A stretch of DNA of 64,000 nucleotides from Candidatus Nitrosocosmicus sp. (GTDB lineage Bacteria > Methylomirabilota > Methylomirabilia > Rokubacteriales > CSP1-6), in NCBI GenBank assembly GCA_035654455.1, contig DASRWT010000065.1, positions 3,399 through 67,398 on the forward strand. The letters are read 5' to 3'. The position numbers were made by a program, and so were the translations under genes. The notes beneath the pieces are model-generated. The model saw nothing but the letters and a program-made list of their open reading frames with translations. It had not been told where the DNA came from and made no database searches. Positions 18,188 through 26,640 of the stretch are shown here, one piece after another. Each line of letters opens with the position of its first letter. Position 1 is the first letter of the stretch.

Positions 18188-18964
18188 CTAGACGGTGGCG
18201 GCCATGCCGCCGTCGAAGTTGATGGCAGTGCCGGTGATGTAGGCGGCGCGATCGGAGACGAGGAAGGCGACGAGGTCGCCGAACTCGGACGCGTGCGCCA
18301 CGCGGCCGAGCGGAATGCGCTTGGCCAGCTCGCGATAGTGGCCCTCGAGGTCTCCGTCCTTGGCGCGCCGATCGATCTGGGCGCTGCGCACGAGACCGAT
18401 GCAGATGGTGTTGACCAGGATCTTGTCGGCGGCATACTCGTGAGCGAGCGACTTGGTGAGGTTGATCCCCGCCGCGCGGGACACGCTGGTCGGGAGGGAG
18501 CGCGGCGCCGGGGCCTTGCCGCCCACGGTGGTGACGTTGACGATGCGGCCACCGCCGCGCTTCTTCATCTGCGGGATCGCGAGCCGGCAGAAGCGGATGG
18601 CCCCCATCACCTTCAGCTCGAAGTCCTCGTGCCAGGTGTCGTCATCCACCTTCTCGAAGGCGGCCGCCGCCGAGGTGCCCGCGTTGTTGAGGAGGATATC
18701 CACCCCGCCCCAGCGCTCCACGGTGGCGCGCACCACGTTCTCGATGTCCGCGGTCCTGGTCGCGTCCGCCGATACCGCCAGCACCTCGTTGCCGGTGGCC
18801 TCCTTGATCCCGGCCGCTGCCGCCTCGAGCACGTCCTTGCGCCGGGCGCAGATGGTGACCTTCGCGCCTTCCCGCGCCAGCCGCTCTGCCGCCGCGCGGC
18901 CCAGTCCCTCGCTGCCCCCGCTGATGATCGCGACCTTCCCGCCCAGCCCCAGATCGAGCGCCAT
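18188..18964 (-). CDS. SDR family oxidoreductase
   Basis: 258 aa. Motifs GKVAIISGGSEGLG, NNAG and catalytic YAADK. Confidence 0.9.
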   Translation of the reverse strand: MALDLGLGGKVAIISGGSEGLGRAAAERLAREGAKVTICARRKDVLEAAAAGIKEATGNEVLAVSADATRTADIENVVRATVERWGGVDILLNNAGTSAAAAFEKVDDDTWHEDFELKVMGAIRFCRLAIPQMKKRGGGRIVNVTTVGGKAPAPRSLPTSVSRAAGINLTKSLAHEYAADKILVNTICIGLVRSAQIDRRAKDGDLEGHYRELAKRIPLGRVAHASEFGDLVAFLVSDRAAYITGTAINFDGGMAATV

Positions 18965-19007
18965 GATTCCTCCCGGTGTCGTGTGTGACGTGGTTGCGTA
19001 GCGGTGA

Positions 19008-19322
19008 CTACAGGTCGCTGCTGATCTCGCCGGTGGCGTTGTCCACCACCACCGGCGTGTCGAAATAGGTGATGCGCGGCTCCGCGCCGTATCGCTCGCG
19101 AATCATCCGCTTCCACTCGGCGGTGTAGGTGCGCTCCGCGTCCTCGCGGGACTTCCAGAGATAGATCCCGCCTCCGGTGGAGGCTTCCGCATTGAAGACG
19201 TAATACTTCCGGACGAGGCCGGGCAAGTCCCGATATTTCGGCGCGGAGCCCTTGAAGAGCTCGGCGGCCTTGTCCCGGGACACGGAGGCGGGCAGAGGGA
19301 ACTGGACCAGCGCGGTGATCAT
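19008..19322 (-). CDS. YdhR-like putative monooxygenase (alpha-beta barrel)
   Basis: 104 aa. ITALVQFPLP...GLVRKYYVF...GGIYLWKSREDAE resembles the YdhR family. Confidence 0.7.
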   Translation of the reverse strand: MITALVQFPLPASVSRDKAAELFKGSAPKYRDLPGLVRKYYVFNAEASTGGGIYLWKSREDAERTYTAEWKRMIRERYGAEPRITYFDTPVVVDNATGEISSDL

Positions 19323-19347
19323 GATCGCTCCTCCTCGGGGCGCGCGC

Positions 19348-20142
19348 TCAGCGGCCCTTGAACACCGGCTCGCGCTTCTCCACGAAGGCGCGGGTCGCCT
19401 CGCGCCAGTCCTCGGTCATGCCGCTGCGCGTGTGGCCCCACGCCTCGAGGTCGAAGACGTCCTTGAGGCTGCCGGTCTCCGCGGCATTGAGATTGCGCTT
19501 CATGTAGCGATAGGCCACCGAGGGGCCCCGGGCCAGCCGCGTGGCCAGCGCCATGGTCTCCGTCTCGAGCAGGGCGTCCGGGACGACACGATTGACCATG
19601 CCGAGCGCCAGCGCCTGGGCGGCGTCCACGAGGTCCGCGGTGAGGTAGAGCTCGCGCGCCTTCGCGGTGCCTACGAGCTGGGTGAGGAAGTAGCTCCCGC
19701 CGAAATCCCCCGAATAGCCCACGCGCGCGAAGGCGGTGCCGTACTTCGAGTTGTCGGAGGCGATTCGCATGTCGCAGGCCAGCGCGACGGACAGCCCCGC
19801 CCCCGCCGCCGCGCCCCGCACCATGGCGATGGTCGGTTTGGGCATCTCGTGAAGGAAGCGCGAGACTTCCATGCGGGACCGGAGCGCCTGGGCCTTGTCC
19901 TCGAGGCTGGCGCCGTCGCCTTCGCGTCCCTCGGCCATGGCCTTGACATCGCCGCCGGCGCAGAAGCCGCGGCCGGCGCCCGTGACGACGACCACGCCGA
20001 CATCGGGGTCATTGGCCAGGCGCGGCAGGGCCTCGAGGAGGGCATCCAGCATGTCCCGCGACATGGCGTTGAGCCGGTCGGGGCGATTGAGCGTGAGGAC
20101 GGCGACGCGGTCCTTGACGGCTTCGAGCAGATCCTGGGTCAT
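19348..20142 (-). CDS. enoyl-CoA hydratase/isomerase family protein
   Basis: 264 aa. Motifs LNRPDRLNA, FCAGGDVK and AMVRGAAAGAGLSVALACDMRIA. Confidence 0.9.
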   Translation of the reverse strand: MTQDLLEAVKDRVAVLTLNRPDRLNAMSRDMLDALLEALPRLANDPDVGVVVVTGAGRGFCAGGDVKAMAEGREGDGASLEDKAQALRSRMEVSRFLHEMPKPTIAMVRGAAAGAGLSVALACDMRIASDNSKYGTAFARVGYSGDFGGSYFLTQLVGTAKARELYLTADLVDAAQALALGMVNRVVPDALLETETMALATRLARGPSVAYRYMKRNLNAAETGSLKDVFDLEAWGHTRSGMTEDWREATRAFVEKREPVFKGR

Positions 20143-20238
20143 CGAGGCTCCTCCGGGCAGCAGGGGTCGGTGCTGTCGAGTGCCGCGATGATCGCCGGGC
20201 GCGTGGCCCGGCGCAAGCCCCCTGCCGCCTGTCGAAGC

Positions 20239-20379
20239 CTAGTGCGAAAGCCAGCCGCTCATCATCCAGAAGGCGCCGGCGACTCCGCCCGCAACGGCGA
20301 GGAGTCCCGTCGAGAAGTCGCCCGAGACCGCCATGGTCACCGGCACTGCCATCGCCGCCATCCCGATAAAGGTCTTCAT
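20239..20379 (-). CDS. small hydrophobic protein (46 aa)
   Basis: MKTFIGMAAMAVPVTMAVSGDFSTGLLAVAGGVAGAFWMMSGWLSH, two predicted TMs. ggaggg SD 7-8 nt upstream of ATG 20379. Confidence 0.4.
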   Translation of the reverse strand: MKTFIGMAAMAVPVTMAVSGDFSTGLLAVAGGVAGAFWMMSGWLSH

Positions 20380-20525
20380 GGCTCCCGCCCTCCGTTGACG
20401 CAAGGACAGAGCAATGGGTATGCCAGCCCTTAACGACAGCAGATTCGCAGGGTTACTCACAGATGAGGAGGGCGGTGGGAAGCTTGTGCCCGGCAAGAGA
20501 GTAAGTTTGCCCGCCGGAGGACTGG

Positions 20526-20777
20526 TCAGGCGACCGGTTCGGGCGCGTCGAGTGGGACCATGAACGCGCCCACGGACACCAGGGACTCGTCATTCTCCGG
20601 CCGCCAGCGGCGATGGCCCTGCCGCCGCTCGTCTTCCAGATCCGCCCACCGGCGGCGGCGCTCCCCTTGCCGACGATCGAGGGTCACCAGCACGTCCTGC
20701 TCGTCGGAAAAATGGCGCACGAGGTAATCAGCCAGATCGGGCCTGGTCTTCGAAACGATGAACAGATAGCGCGCCAT
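20526..20777 (-). CDS. hypothetical protein
   Basis: 83 aa from MARYLFIVSKTRPDLADYL (gggggtggag SD) with an Arg-rich central segment. No recognised domain. Confidence 0.5.
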   Translation of the reverse strand: MARYLFIVSKTRPDLADYLVRHFSDEQDVLVTLDRRQGERRRRWADLEDERRQGHRRWRPENDESLVSVGAFMVPLDAPEPVA

Positions 20778-20892
20778 CTCCACCCCCGACGGAATAAGCA
20801 AGTTCGCTGCCTGTAGCGGAAGAGCAACCATTCCGACAGGATCGACACGAGGCTCTCATGTCCCGCGACGGAAGCGTAAGCTTTTCCGACGT

Positions 20893-21792
20893 CTATCGGT
20901 ACTCCCTAGCATAGAGATCCTCGCGGGTGGTCGGCACGTCAAAGCGGGAGTCCCACTGCTTGCGCATGAGGACTTGATAGAGCCCGATATGGCCCTCCTG
21001 GAAGGCCACCGACGAGCACGTGAGGTAGAGGCGCCAGATGCGATAGATCCGCTCGCCCACGAGCGCGCGCGCCTCATCGGCCCGCGCCTCGAGCCGCTCC
21101 ACCCACTCGCGGCAGGTCCGCGCATAGTGGAGCCGCAGGCCCTCGACATCCACGATCTCCCAGCCGGCGCGCTCCTGCTCGGTCATGGTCTCGGTGAGTC
21201 CTGCCAGCTCGCCGTTGGGGAAGACGTACTTGTAGAGGAAGTCGGTCTGGGTGGTGGGTTTCCAGTGGAACTCGTGAGTGATGCCGTGATTGAGATAGTA
21301 TCCCCCGTCATTGAGCATGGTCCGGACCCGGCCGAAAAAGGCCGGATAGTTGGCGATGCCCACGTGCTCGATGACGCCGACGGCCGCGATCTTGTCGTAG
21401 CGCGCGTCCGCGGGCAGGTCGCGGAAGTCCCGATACTCCACCAGGCAACGTCCGGTGAGCCCCTCTCGCTCGATCCGCGCGGCGGCGAACTCGGCCTGGG
21501 CGCGGGACAGTGTCACGCCGTGCGAGCGCACCCCGTAGTGCTGGGCAGCCCAGATCGCCAGGCTCCCCCACCCGCAGCCGATGTCGAGCAGGGTCTCGCC
21601 GGGCTGGAGCCGCAGCTTGCGGCAGACCAGGTCCAGCTTGTCGGCCTGCGCCTGTTCGAGCTTGCCGTCCGGATCCCGATAGTAGGCGCACGTGTAGACC
21701 ATGAGCGGGTCGAGGAAGAGCGCGTAGAACTCGTTGGACTGGTCGTAGTGGTACGAGATGGCCTCGGCGTCCCGCTTCTTGCTCCGCCTCAT
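20893..21792 (-). CDS. cyclopropane-fatty-acyl-phospholipid synthase family SAM-dependent methyltransferase (catalytic domain only)
   Basis: 299 aa. Begins at the family-conserved HYDQSNEFYALFLDPLMVYTCAYY, then LLDIGCGWGSLAIWAA and IAAVGVIEHVG. ATG overlaps the upstream stop (ATGA). Confidence 0.9.
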   Translation of the reverse strand: MRRSKKRDAEAISYHYDQSNEFYALFLDPLMVYTCAYYRDPDGKLEQAQADKLDLVCRKLRLQPGETLLDIGCGWGSLAIWAAQHYGVRSHGVTLSRAQAEFAAARIEREGLTGRCLVEYRDFRDLPADARYDKIAAVGVIEHVGIANYPAFFGRVRTMLNDGGYYLNHGITHEFHWKPTTQTDFLYKYVFPNGELAGLTETMTEQERAGWEIVDVEGLRLHYARTCREWVERLEARADEARALVGERIYRIWRLYLTCSSVAFQEGHIGLYQVLMRKQWDSRFDVPTTREDLYAREYR

Positions 21793-22916
21793 GAGGTCGC
21801 CTCCTTCATGCCGAAGATCGAGTCGAACACCACGCGGCGCCGCGCGCGCTCGGACCCGAGCACCACGCGCACCGCCAGCCGCGCCATCACCTCCGGGAGC
21901 CGGCCGATCTGCCGGCCGATCCAGCTGGGCTCGCCGGGCCCGTAGAGCGCCACGACCTCGCGCGCATAGCGATCGAGGGAATCGCCCCCCCGGAGGACTC
22001 GATGCGCCGCCGCGGCGGCGAGGATGCCGCTGCGGATGGCGGGCCCGATGCCCTCGCCGGAAAGATCGCGGGCCAGCCCCGCCGCGTCGCCCACGAGACA
22101 GAAGCCGGGGCCGGCCAGACGACGCGGCGCCTGCCGGCGCACGACATATGCGTGCCCCTTGAAGGGATCGAGCGGCATCGCCTCGGGCAGCCGGCCGCTG
22201 GCGCGCAGCATGGCGAGCAGGGCGTCGCGCCGCCTCGGCAGACTGCCGTCATTCCCGCCCGTGATGCCGATGCCCACATTGATGAAGTCGCCCTTGGGGA
22301 AGAACCACCCGTAGCCGCGCAGGTCGGGCTCCACATAGAGCTCGGGCGCGTCCATGAAGCGCTCGATCCGCGCCCGCCATTCGGCGGGCAGCCGCGTCTC
22401 GGTCTCCTGCGCGGCCACCACCTCTTCGCGCGCGGACACCTCCCCCAGATCGCGGGCCACCGGGCAGCGATGTCCGCCGGCGCCGATCACCAGGGGCGCC
22501 TCGAACACGCCCTGCTCGGTCTCGACGCGCGCGCCCGAGGGCCCCGCGGTGACCGCCTTGACGCGCACACCCCAGCGCACGTCCGCGCCCGCCGTCGCCG
22601 CGCGCTCGAGAAGAAAGTGATCGAACTCCCGGCGAATGATGCCGTAGGAGGCCGGTCCCCGCCAGCGCGTGTCGTGGCGCGCGCCCTGGAACTCCAGCGC
22701 GCAGGCGGCGAAGCCCTGGATGGTGAGCGGATACTTCTCGGGCTCGATCTCGAGGTCGGCCAGCGCGGCGAGCGTCACCCAGCCCGCGCAGATCTTCTGG
22801 CGGGGGAAGACGGCGGCGTCCAGCACCAGGGGGCGCAGCCCGGCCCGGGCCAATTGCCAGGCCGCCGTGCTCCCGCCGGGCCCGCCTCCCACCACGAGAA
22901 CGTCGTGGGTGGACAC
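21789..22916 (-). CDS. geranylgeranyl reductase family FAD-dependent oxidoreductase
   Basis: 375 aa. Motifs DVLVVGGGPGGSTAA, RQKICAGWV, YGWFFPKGDFINVGIG and LVGDAAGLA. GTG start lies one codon after the upstream TGA. Confidence 0.9.
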   Translation of the reverse strand: MSTHDVLVVGGGPGGSTAAWQLARAGLRPLVLDAAVFPRQKICAGWVTLAALADLEIEPEKYPLTIQGFAACALEFQGARHDTRWRGPASYGIIRREFDHFLLERAATAGADVRWGVRVKAVTAGPSGARVETEQGVFEAPLVIGAGGHRCPVARDLGEVSAREEVVAAQETETRLPAEWRARIERFMDAPELYVEPDLRGYGWFFPKGDFINVGIGITGGNDGSLPRRRDALLAMLRASGRLPEAMPLDPFKGHAYVVRRQAPRRLAGPGFCLVGDAAGLARDLSGEGIGPAIRSGILAAAAAHRVLRGGDSLDRYAREVVALYGPGEPSWIGRQIGRLPEVMARLAVRVVLGSERARRRVVFDSIFGMKEATS

Positions 22917-22919
22917 GGA

Positions 22920-23267
22920 TCAGGACTTCCAGAGCGAGAGCAGGATGCGCAGACGCTGGCCGGCGGTCACCTTGATCTCCTCGACCTCGTTGGCCACGCG
23001 CATGGCGTCGAAGAGATCGCCCTGGATGTCGATGGCGTTCGAGGCATAGGCCTCGGCGAAATGGCCGGGGCTGGGATCGCGCATGATCGAGACGAAGGTC
23101 TCCGGCGCGTGGATCACCACGAAGCAGGCAGGCTCGCCCTGACCGAGTCGCACCTCGGTGCCATCCCACAACCGGAAGGCAAGCGGGTGCTGCAGTCCCT
23201 TGAACACCTCGCCGAGAATCGACGCGGCGACACGGGCGTTCGGGCGCGGACGAAGAAGTGAGGGCAT
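22920..23267 (-). CDS. stand-alone CFA-synthase N-terminal-like domain protein
   Basis: 115 aa. FRLWDG...VVIHAPETFVSIMRDPSPGHFAEAYASNAIDIQGDLFDAM resembles the N-terminal (non-catalytic) domain of long CFA synthases. gagga SD 8 nt upstream of ATG 23267. Confidence 0.65.
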   Translation of the reverse strand: MPSLLRPRPNARVAASILGEVFKGLQHPLAFRLWDGTEVRLGQGEPACFVVIHAPETFVSIMRDPSPGHFAEAYASNAIDIQGDLFDAMRVANEVEEIKVTAGQRLRILLSLWKS

Positions 23268-23286
23268 GGCGTCGTCCTCAGCGCTT

Positions 23287-23314
23287 TGTATACGGAGGGA
23301 GCCGCGCTTGTCAA
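23287..23314 (-). promoter_or_regulatory. sigma70-like promoter for the 23267..20893 operon
   Basis: Minus strand: TTGACA (23314..23309), 16-nt spacer, TATACA (23292..23287). About 20 nt upstream of the SD/ATG of the first gene. Confidence 0.45.
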
Positions 23315-23477
23315 CCGAGGGCGTTGGCCCGCGCCGGCGCGGCGGCAGGCGGGTCCCTGGGTCACTGCATATAGCTGATTAAACGGACATTCTGCAAGGT
23401 GACCGTGTTTGTGAAGAACATGGACGACCGGGAGAAGATCAGCTCAAGATCGAGGCGACGGCCGTCCTCCCGGAACG

Positions 23478-24086
23478 CTAGAGACTCGGGCGCTCCGTGC
23501 TTGGCTTTGCGCCCGGGCCGAGCAATGGCGCTTTGCGCCCACCAGCCCGCTCGCCCTCCAGCAACGACGGGATGTCCGGATACGCGTAGATCGTCGGCGC
23601 GCCGTTCGCCGGCAGGCCGCCCGTGTCGATCGACGGGCCGTACACGCTGTGCACCTCGCGTCCCAGAAGGCGCAGCAGCGTGGTCTGCTCGGCCCGATGA
23701 TGCGCGGTGTGCGCGATGCGTCGCACCATGATCCACGCGCGGTTGTGCGTCGTGTCGAAGAACGCCACCTCGCGTTCCCACCACCCGGCATCCTGTCGCT
23801 CGAGCGCCGCGAGCCGCGCGCCGGAGTGCTCGGCGTAGCGCTCGATGAAGGCCAATCGCGTCTCCGGCGTCGGGACCGGCGGCGCGCCGACGTCGATGCC
23901 GAACATCTCGACGAACCATTTGTTCTCGCTCATGCACTGATGAACCATGTGCTCGCGTGGCGTCCGGTCGCGCGCGAGATTCGGATGGGGACGGACATCG
24001 AGGTCGGCGTCCCGGAACATGCTCCACACGCTGAGCGTCTTCAATCGCTCGGACGCATACGTCTCGACGAGGAATCCGTGGCTCAC
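23478..24086 (-). CDS. DinB family protein
   Basis: 202 aa. PREHMVHQCMSE ... IAHTAHHRAEQTTLLRLLG, a typical DinB-fold His pattern. Confidence 0.8.
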   Translation of the reverse strand: MSHGFLVETYASERLKTLSVWSMFRDADLDVRPHPNLARDRTPREHMVHQCMSENKWFVEMFGIDVGAPPVPTPETRLAFIERYAEHSGARLAALERQDAGWWEREVAFFDTTHNRAWIMVRRIAHTAHHRAEQTTLLRLLGREVHSVYGPSIDTGGLPANGAPTIYAYPDIPSLLEGERAGGRKAPLLGPGAKPSTERPSL

Positions 24087-24112
24087 CGTCGTCCTAGTTA
24101 AACTCGCTTTTA

Positions 24113-25252
24113 TCAGCTTCCCGGGTTGATGGCCGAGTGCACGCAGTTGCTGATCACGTCCAGGCGCGCGCTGTGCCAGGGATCCGGCACCCGGCTATTG
24201 GTGAGGTAGGAGAAGGACACCCCGGAGTCCGGATCGCCCCAGCAGTAGGACGAGCCGACACCGCCATGGCCGAAGGTGCGCGGCGAGGCCAGCGAGCCCA
24301 GGCCCCGGATGGTGTCGGTCGTCCCGCGCGTGTGAGGCCCGAGGCCGCGGTGCATGGGCATGCCCATGTAGGCGTCCACGCGATCGCCGGTGAAATTCCG
24401 GGTGACGTACTGGATCATGCGCGGCGAGAAGAGGCGCGTGCCGTTGAGCGTGCCCTCCTGCACCATCATCTGGTAGAAGGCCGCCATGGCCCGGGCGGTG
24501 GCGTAGCCGCCGCCCCCCGGCGTGCCCGCGCGGTAGAAGGCGGCGTGGTTCTCCTCCGCCCGCTTGCTCTGCCGCCGCCAGTCGGCCGACGGCTCGTGCA
24601 TGTCCACGGTCCGCGCGTGGTGCGCGTCGGGCAGACCCACGAAGAGATCCCCGCCCAGTCCCAGCGGCTCGATCACGTTCTCGCGGATGAAGGCGCGATA
24701 GTCCGTCTTGGCGAGCGCCTCGATGAGGACGGCCGCCGTCCAGTGCGCGGCGCGGCCGTGGTAGTGCACGCGCGAGCCGGGAGTGAACTCGAGCGTGAAG
24801 CCGCACACGGTCTTCCGCAGGAGATCGTGGTCCTCCCACGCCGCGCTCGGCACGTCGGCATTGGGATAGCCGGCCTGGTGCGACAGGAGCTGGATGACCG
24901 TGATCTCGCCCTTCCCATTGGCCTCGAAGCCGGGGACGTGATCGGCCACCCGGTCGGTGAAGCGCAGGGCGCCGCGCTCGACGAGGGCCCACACCGCGCT
25001 GGCGGTGATGACCTTGGTATTCGAGTAGAGAAGCCACAGCGTGTCCTCGCGCGCCGCCACCCGCGCGCCTTCCGTCCGCGCCTCGCCCAGCGACTTGAAC
25101 AGGGCGAGCTTGCCGCGCCGGGCCACCGCGATCTGGGCCCCGGGATAGCGGCCCTCGGTGATGTGCCCCGCGATGACCTCGACGAGGCGCTCCAGCGCCT
25201 GGGGATCGAGGCCGAGCGACGACGGATCGGAGACGGTCAGCGGAAAGGCCAT
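24113..25252 (-). CDS. serine hydrolase (beta-lactamase/PBP4* class C-like family)
   Basis: 379 aa from MAFPL (gagga SD). Active-site S-x-x-K (YSNTK), and HGGVGSS near the C-terminus. Confidence 0.88.
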   Translation of the reverse strand: MAFPLTVSDPSSLGLDPQALERLVEVIAGHITEGRYPGAQIAVARRGKLALFKSLGEARTEGARVAAREDTLWLLYSNTKVITASAVWALVERGALRFTDRVADHVPGFEANGKGEITVIQLLSHQAGYPNADVPSAAWEDHDLLRKTVCGFTLEFTPGSRVHYHGRAAHWTAAVLIEALAKTDYRAFIRENVIEPLGLGGDLFVGLPDAHHARTVDMHEPSADWRRQSKRAEENHAAFYRAGTPGGGGYATARAMAAFYQMMVQEGTLNGTRLFSPRMIQYVTRNFTGDRVDAYMGMPMHRGLGPHTRGTTDTIRGLGSLASPRTFGHGGVGSSYCWGDPDSGVSFSYLTNSRVPDPWHSARLDVISNCVHSAINPGS

Positions 25253-25293
25253 GGCGTCCTCACGAGGTGAAAGGCACGGCAAGGGTCGCGCGG

Positions 25294-25322
25294 AGTGTAG
25301 GCCGCGGGACGGGACCTGTCAA
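25294..25322 (-). promoter_or_regulatory. sigma70-like promoter for the serine hydrolase gene
   Basis: Minus strand: TTGACA (25322..25317), 17-nt spacer, TACACT (25299..25294). Confidence 0.4.
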
Positions 25323-25347
25323 CGGCGCGGCTTGCTATACTGCGCCG

Positions 25348-26559
25348 GTGAGCGCGCCCGGTCCCGCCCTGCTCGACGGCCTCGTCGTGCTGGATTTCAC
25401 CCGAGTTCTCGCCGGCCCGTACTGCACGCGCCTGCTCGCCGATCTCGGCGCGCGGGTGATCAAGATCGAGCGCCCCGGCGAGGGCGACGAGATGCGCCGG
25501 GCGCACCTGCAGCTCGAGGAAGGCCGCGACGACCAGAGCACCTACTTCACGCGCATCAATACCGGCAAGGAGAGCGTGGCCCTGGACCTGGCCCATCCCG
25601 CCGCGGGCGAGGTCGTGCTCGACCTCGCGCGCCGGGCGGACGTCGCGGTGGAGAACTTCGTGCCCGGCGTGATCGCCCGCCTGGGCTGCGACTGGCCGGC
25701 GCTCTCGGCGGTGAAGCCCGATCTGGTCTTCTGCTCCATCTCCGGCTTCGGCCAGACCGGCCCCTGGCGCGGCCGCGCGGCGTTCGCTCACATCGTCAAT
25801 GCCGCGTCGGGAATGATGCACCTCGAGCGCGGCGACGCGCCCGCGCCGCACTCGGCGAATATCCAGGCCGCCGACGTCCTCGCGGGCACGCATGCCTTCG
25901 GGGCCATCATGGCTGCGCTCTGGCGCCGCGCCCGCACCGGAGCCGGCGCGCGCCTGGACGTCTCCATGCTGGAAGCGCTCATCGCCTGCGACGACGTGAG
26001 CTTCGGGTCCGTCCTCAACGGCGGCGAGGAGATGGGCGCGCCGCGGCCCGGCATGTGGGTGTACGAGATCGGGGGGCGCCACGTGGCGCTCCAGACCACC
26101 GGCGCGCCCGCCCTCTGGCCGCGCCTGGTGAAGCTGCTGGAGCGGCCGGAGCTGGCCGCGGACCCGCGATTCGCCACGCCGGTCGCGCGCCGCGAAAATC
26201 GCGCCGCGCTGGGCGAGATCATCGGCTCGTGGATGCGCCGCTTCGCCACCGTGGACGCGGCGGTGGAGACCCTCACCGCCGCGCGCATCCCGTGCGCCCC
26301 GGTCCTCGCGCCGAAGGAAGTCAGCGAGAGTCCCCACCTGGCTGCGCGCGAGTTCTTTCCGCTGGTGCCGCATCCCACGCGCGGGAAGGTCCGCGTTACC
26401 GGCACGCCCTTTCACCTGGACGGCGGAGCGGTGGGGCCGGCGGGCCCGGCGCCGTATCGCATCGGCGAGCACACGCGCGTGGTGCTCGAGGGCCTGCTCG
26501 GCTACCCCGCCGCGCGCATCGAGGCGCTCCGGGCGGCCGGCGCCATCGCGACGCCGTGA
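25348..26559 (+). CDS. family III CoA-transferase (CaiB/BaiF)
   Basis: LDGLVVLDFTRVLAGPYCTRLLADLGARVIKIERPGEGD and the rest of the CaiB/BaiF fold. GTG 25348 chosen because TGCTATACT (extended -10 like) ends 7 nt upstream, suggesting a possibly leaderless mRNA. Track start is 25267. Confidence 0.85.
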   Translation: MSAPGPALLDGLVVLDFTRVLAGPYCTRLLADLGARVIKIERPGEGDEMRRAHLQLEEGRDDQSTYFTRINTGKESVALDLAHPAAGEVVLDLARRADVAVENFVPGVIARLGCDWPALSAVKPDLVFCSISGFGQTGPWRGRAAFAHIVNAASGMMHLERGDAPAPHSANIQAADVLAGTHAFGAIMAALWRRARTGAGARLDVSMLEALIACDDVSFGSVLNGGEEMGAPRPGMWVYEIGGRHVALQTTGAPALWPRLVKLLERPELAADPRFATPVARRENRAALGEIIGSWMRRFATVDAAVETLTAARIPCAPVLAPKEVSESPHLAAREFFPLVPHPTRGKVRVTGTPFHLDGGAVGPAGPAPYRIGEHTRVVLEGLLGYPAARIEALRAAGAIATP

Positions 26560-26577
26560 GGCGGGGGCGCCCCCGCC
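26560..26577. terminator. GC palindrome directly after the CoA-transferase stop
   Basis: GGCGGGGGCGCCCCCGCC, a perfect 18-nt palindrome starting 1 nt after TGA 26557..26559. No clear U-tract. Confidence 0.3.
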
Positions 26578-26640
26578 CGTGATAGTCTCTCCGGCAGTGG
26601 CGGCGGGCAGCGCAAACCTCAACGCTCGGGAGATCCCCCC

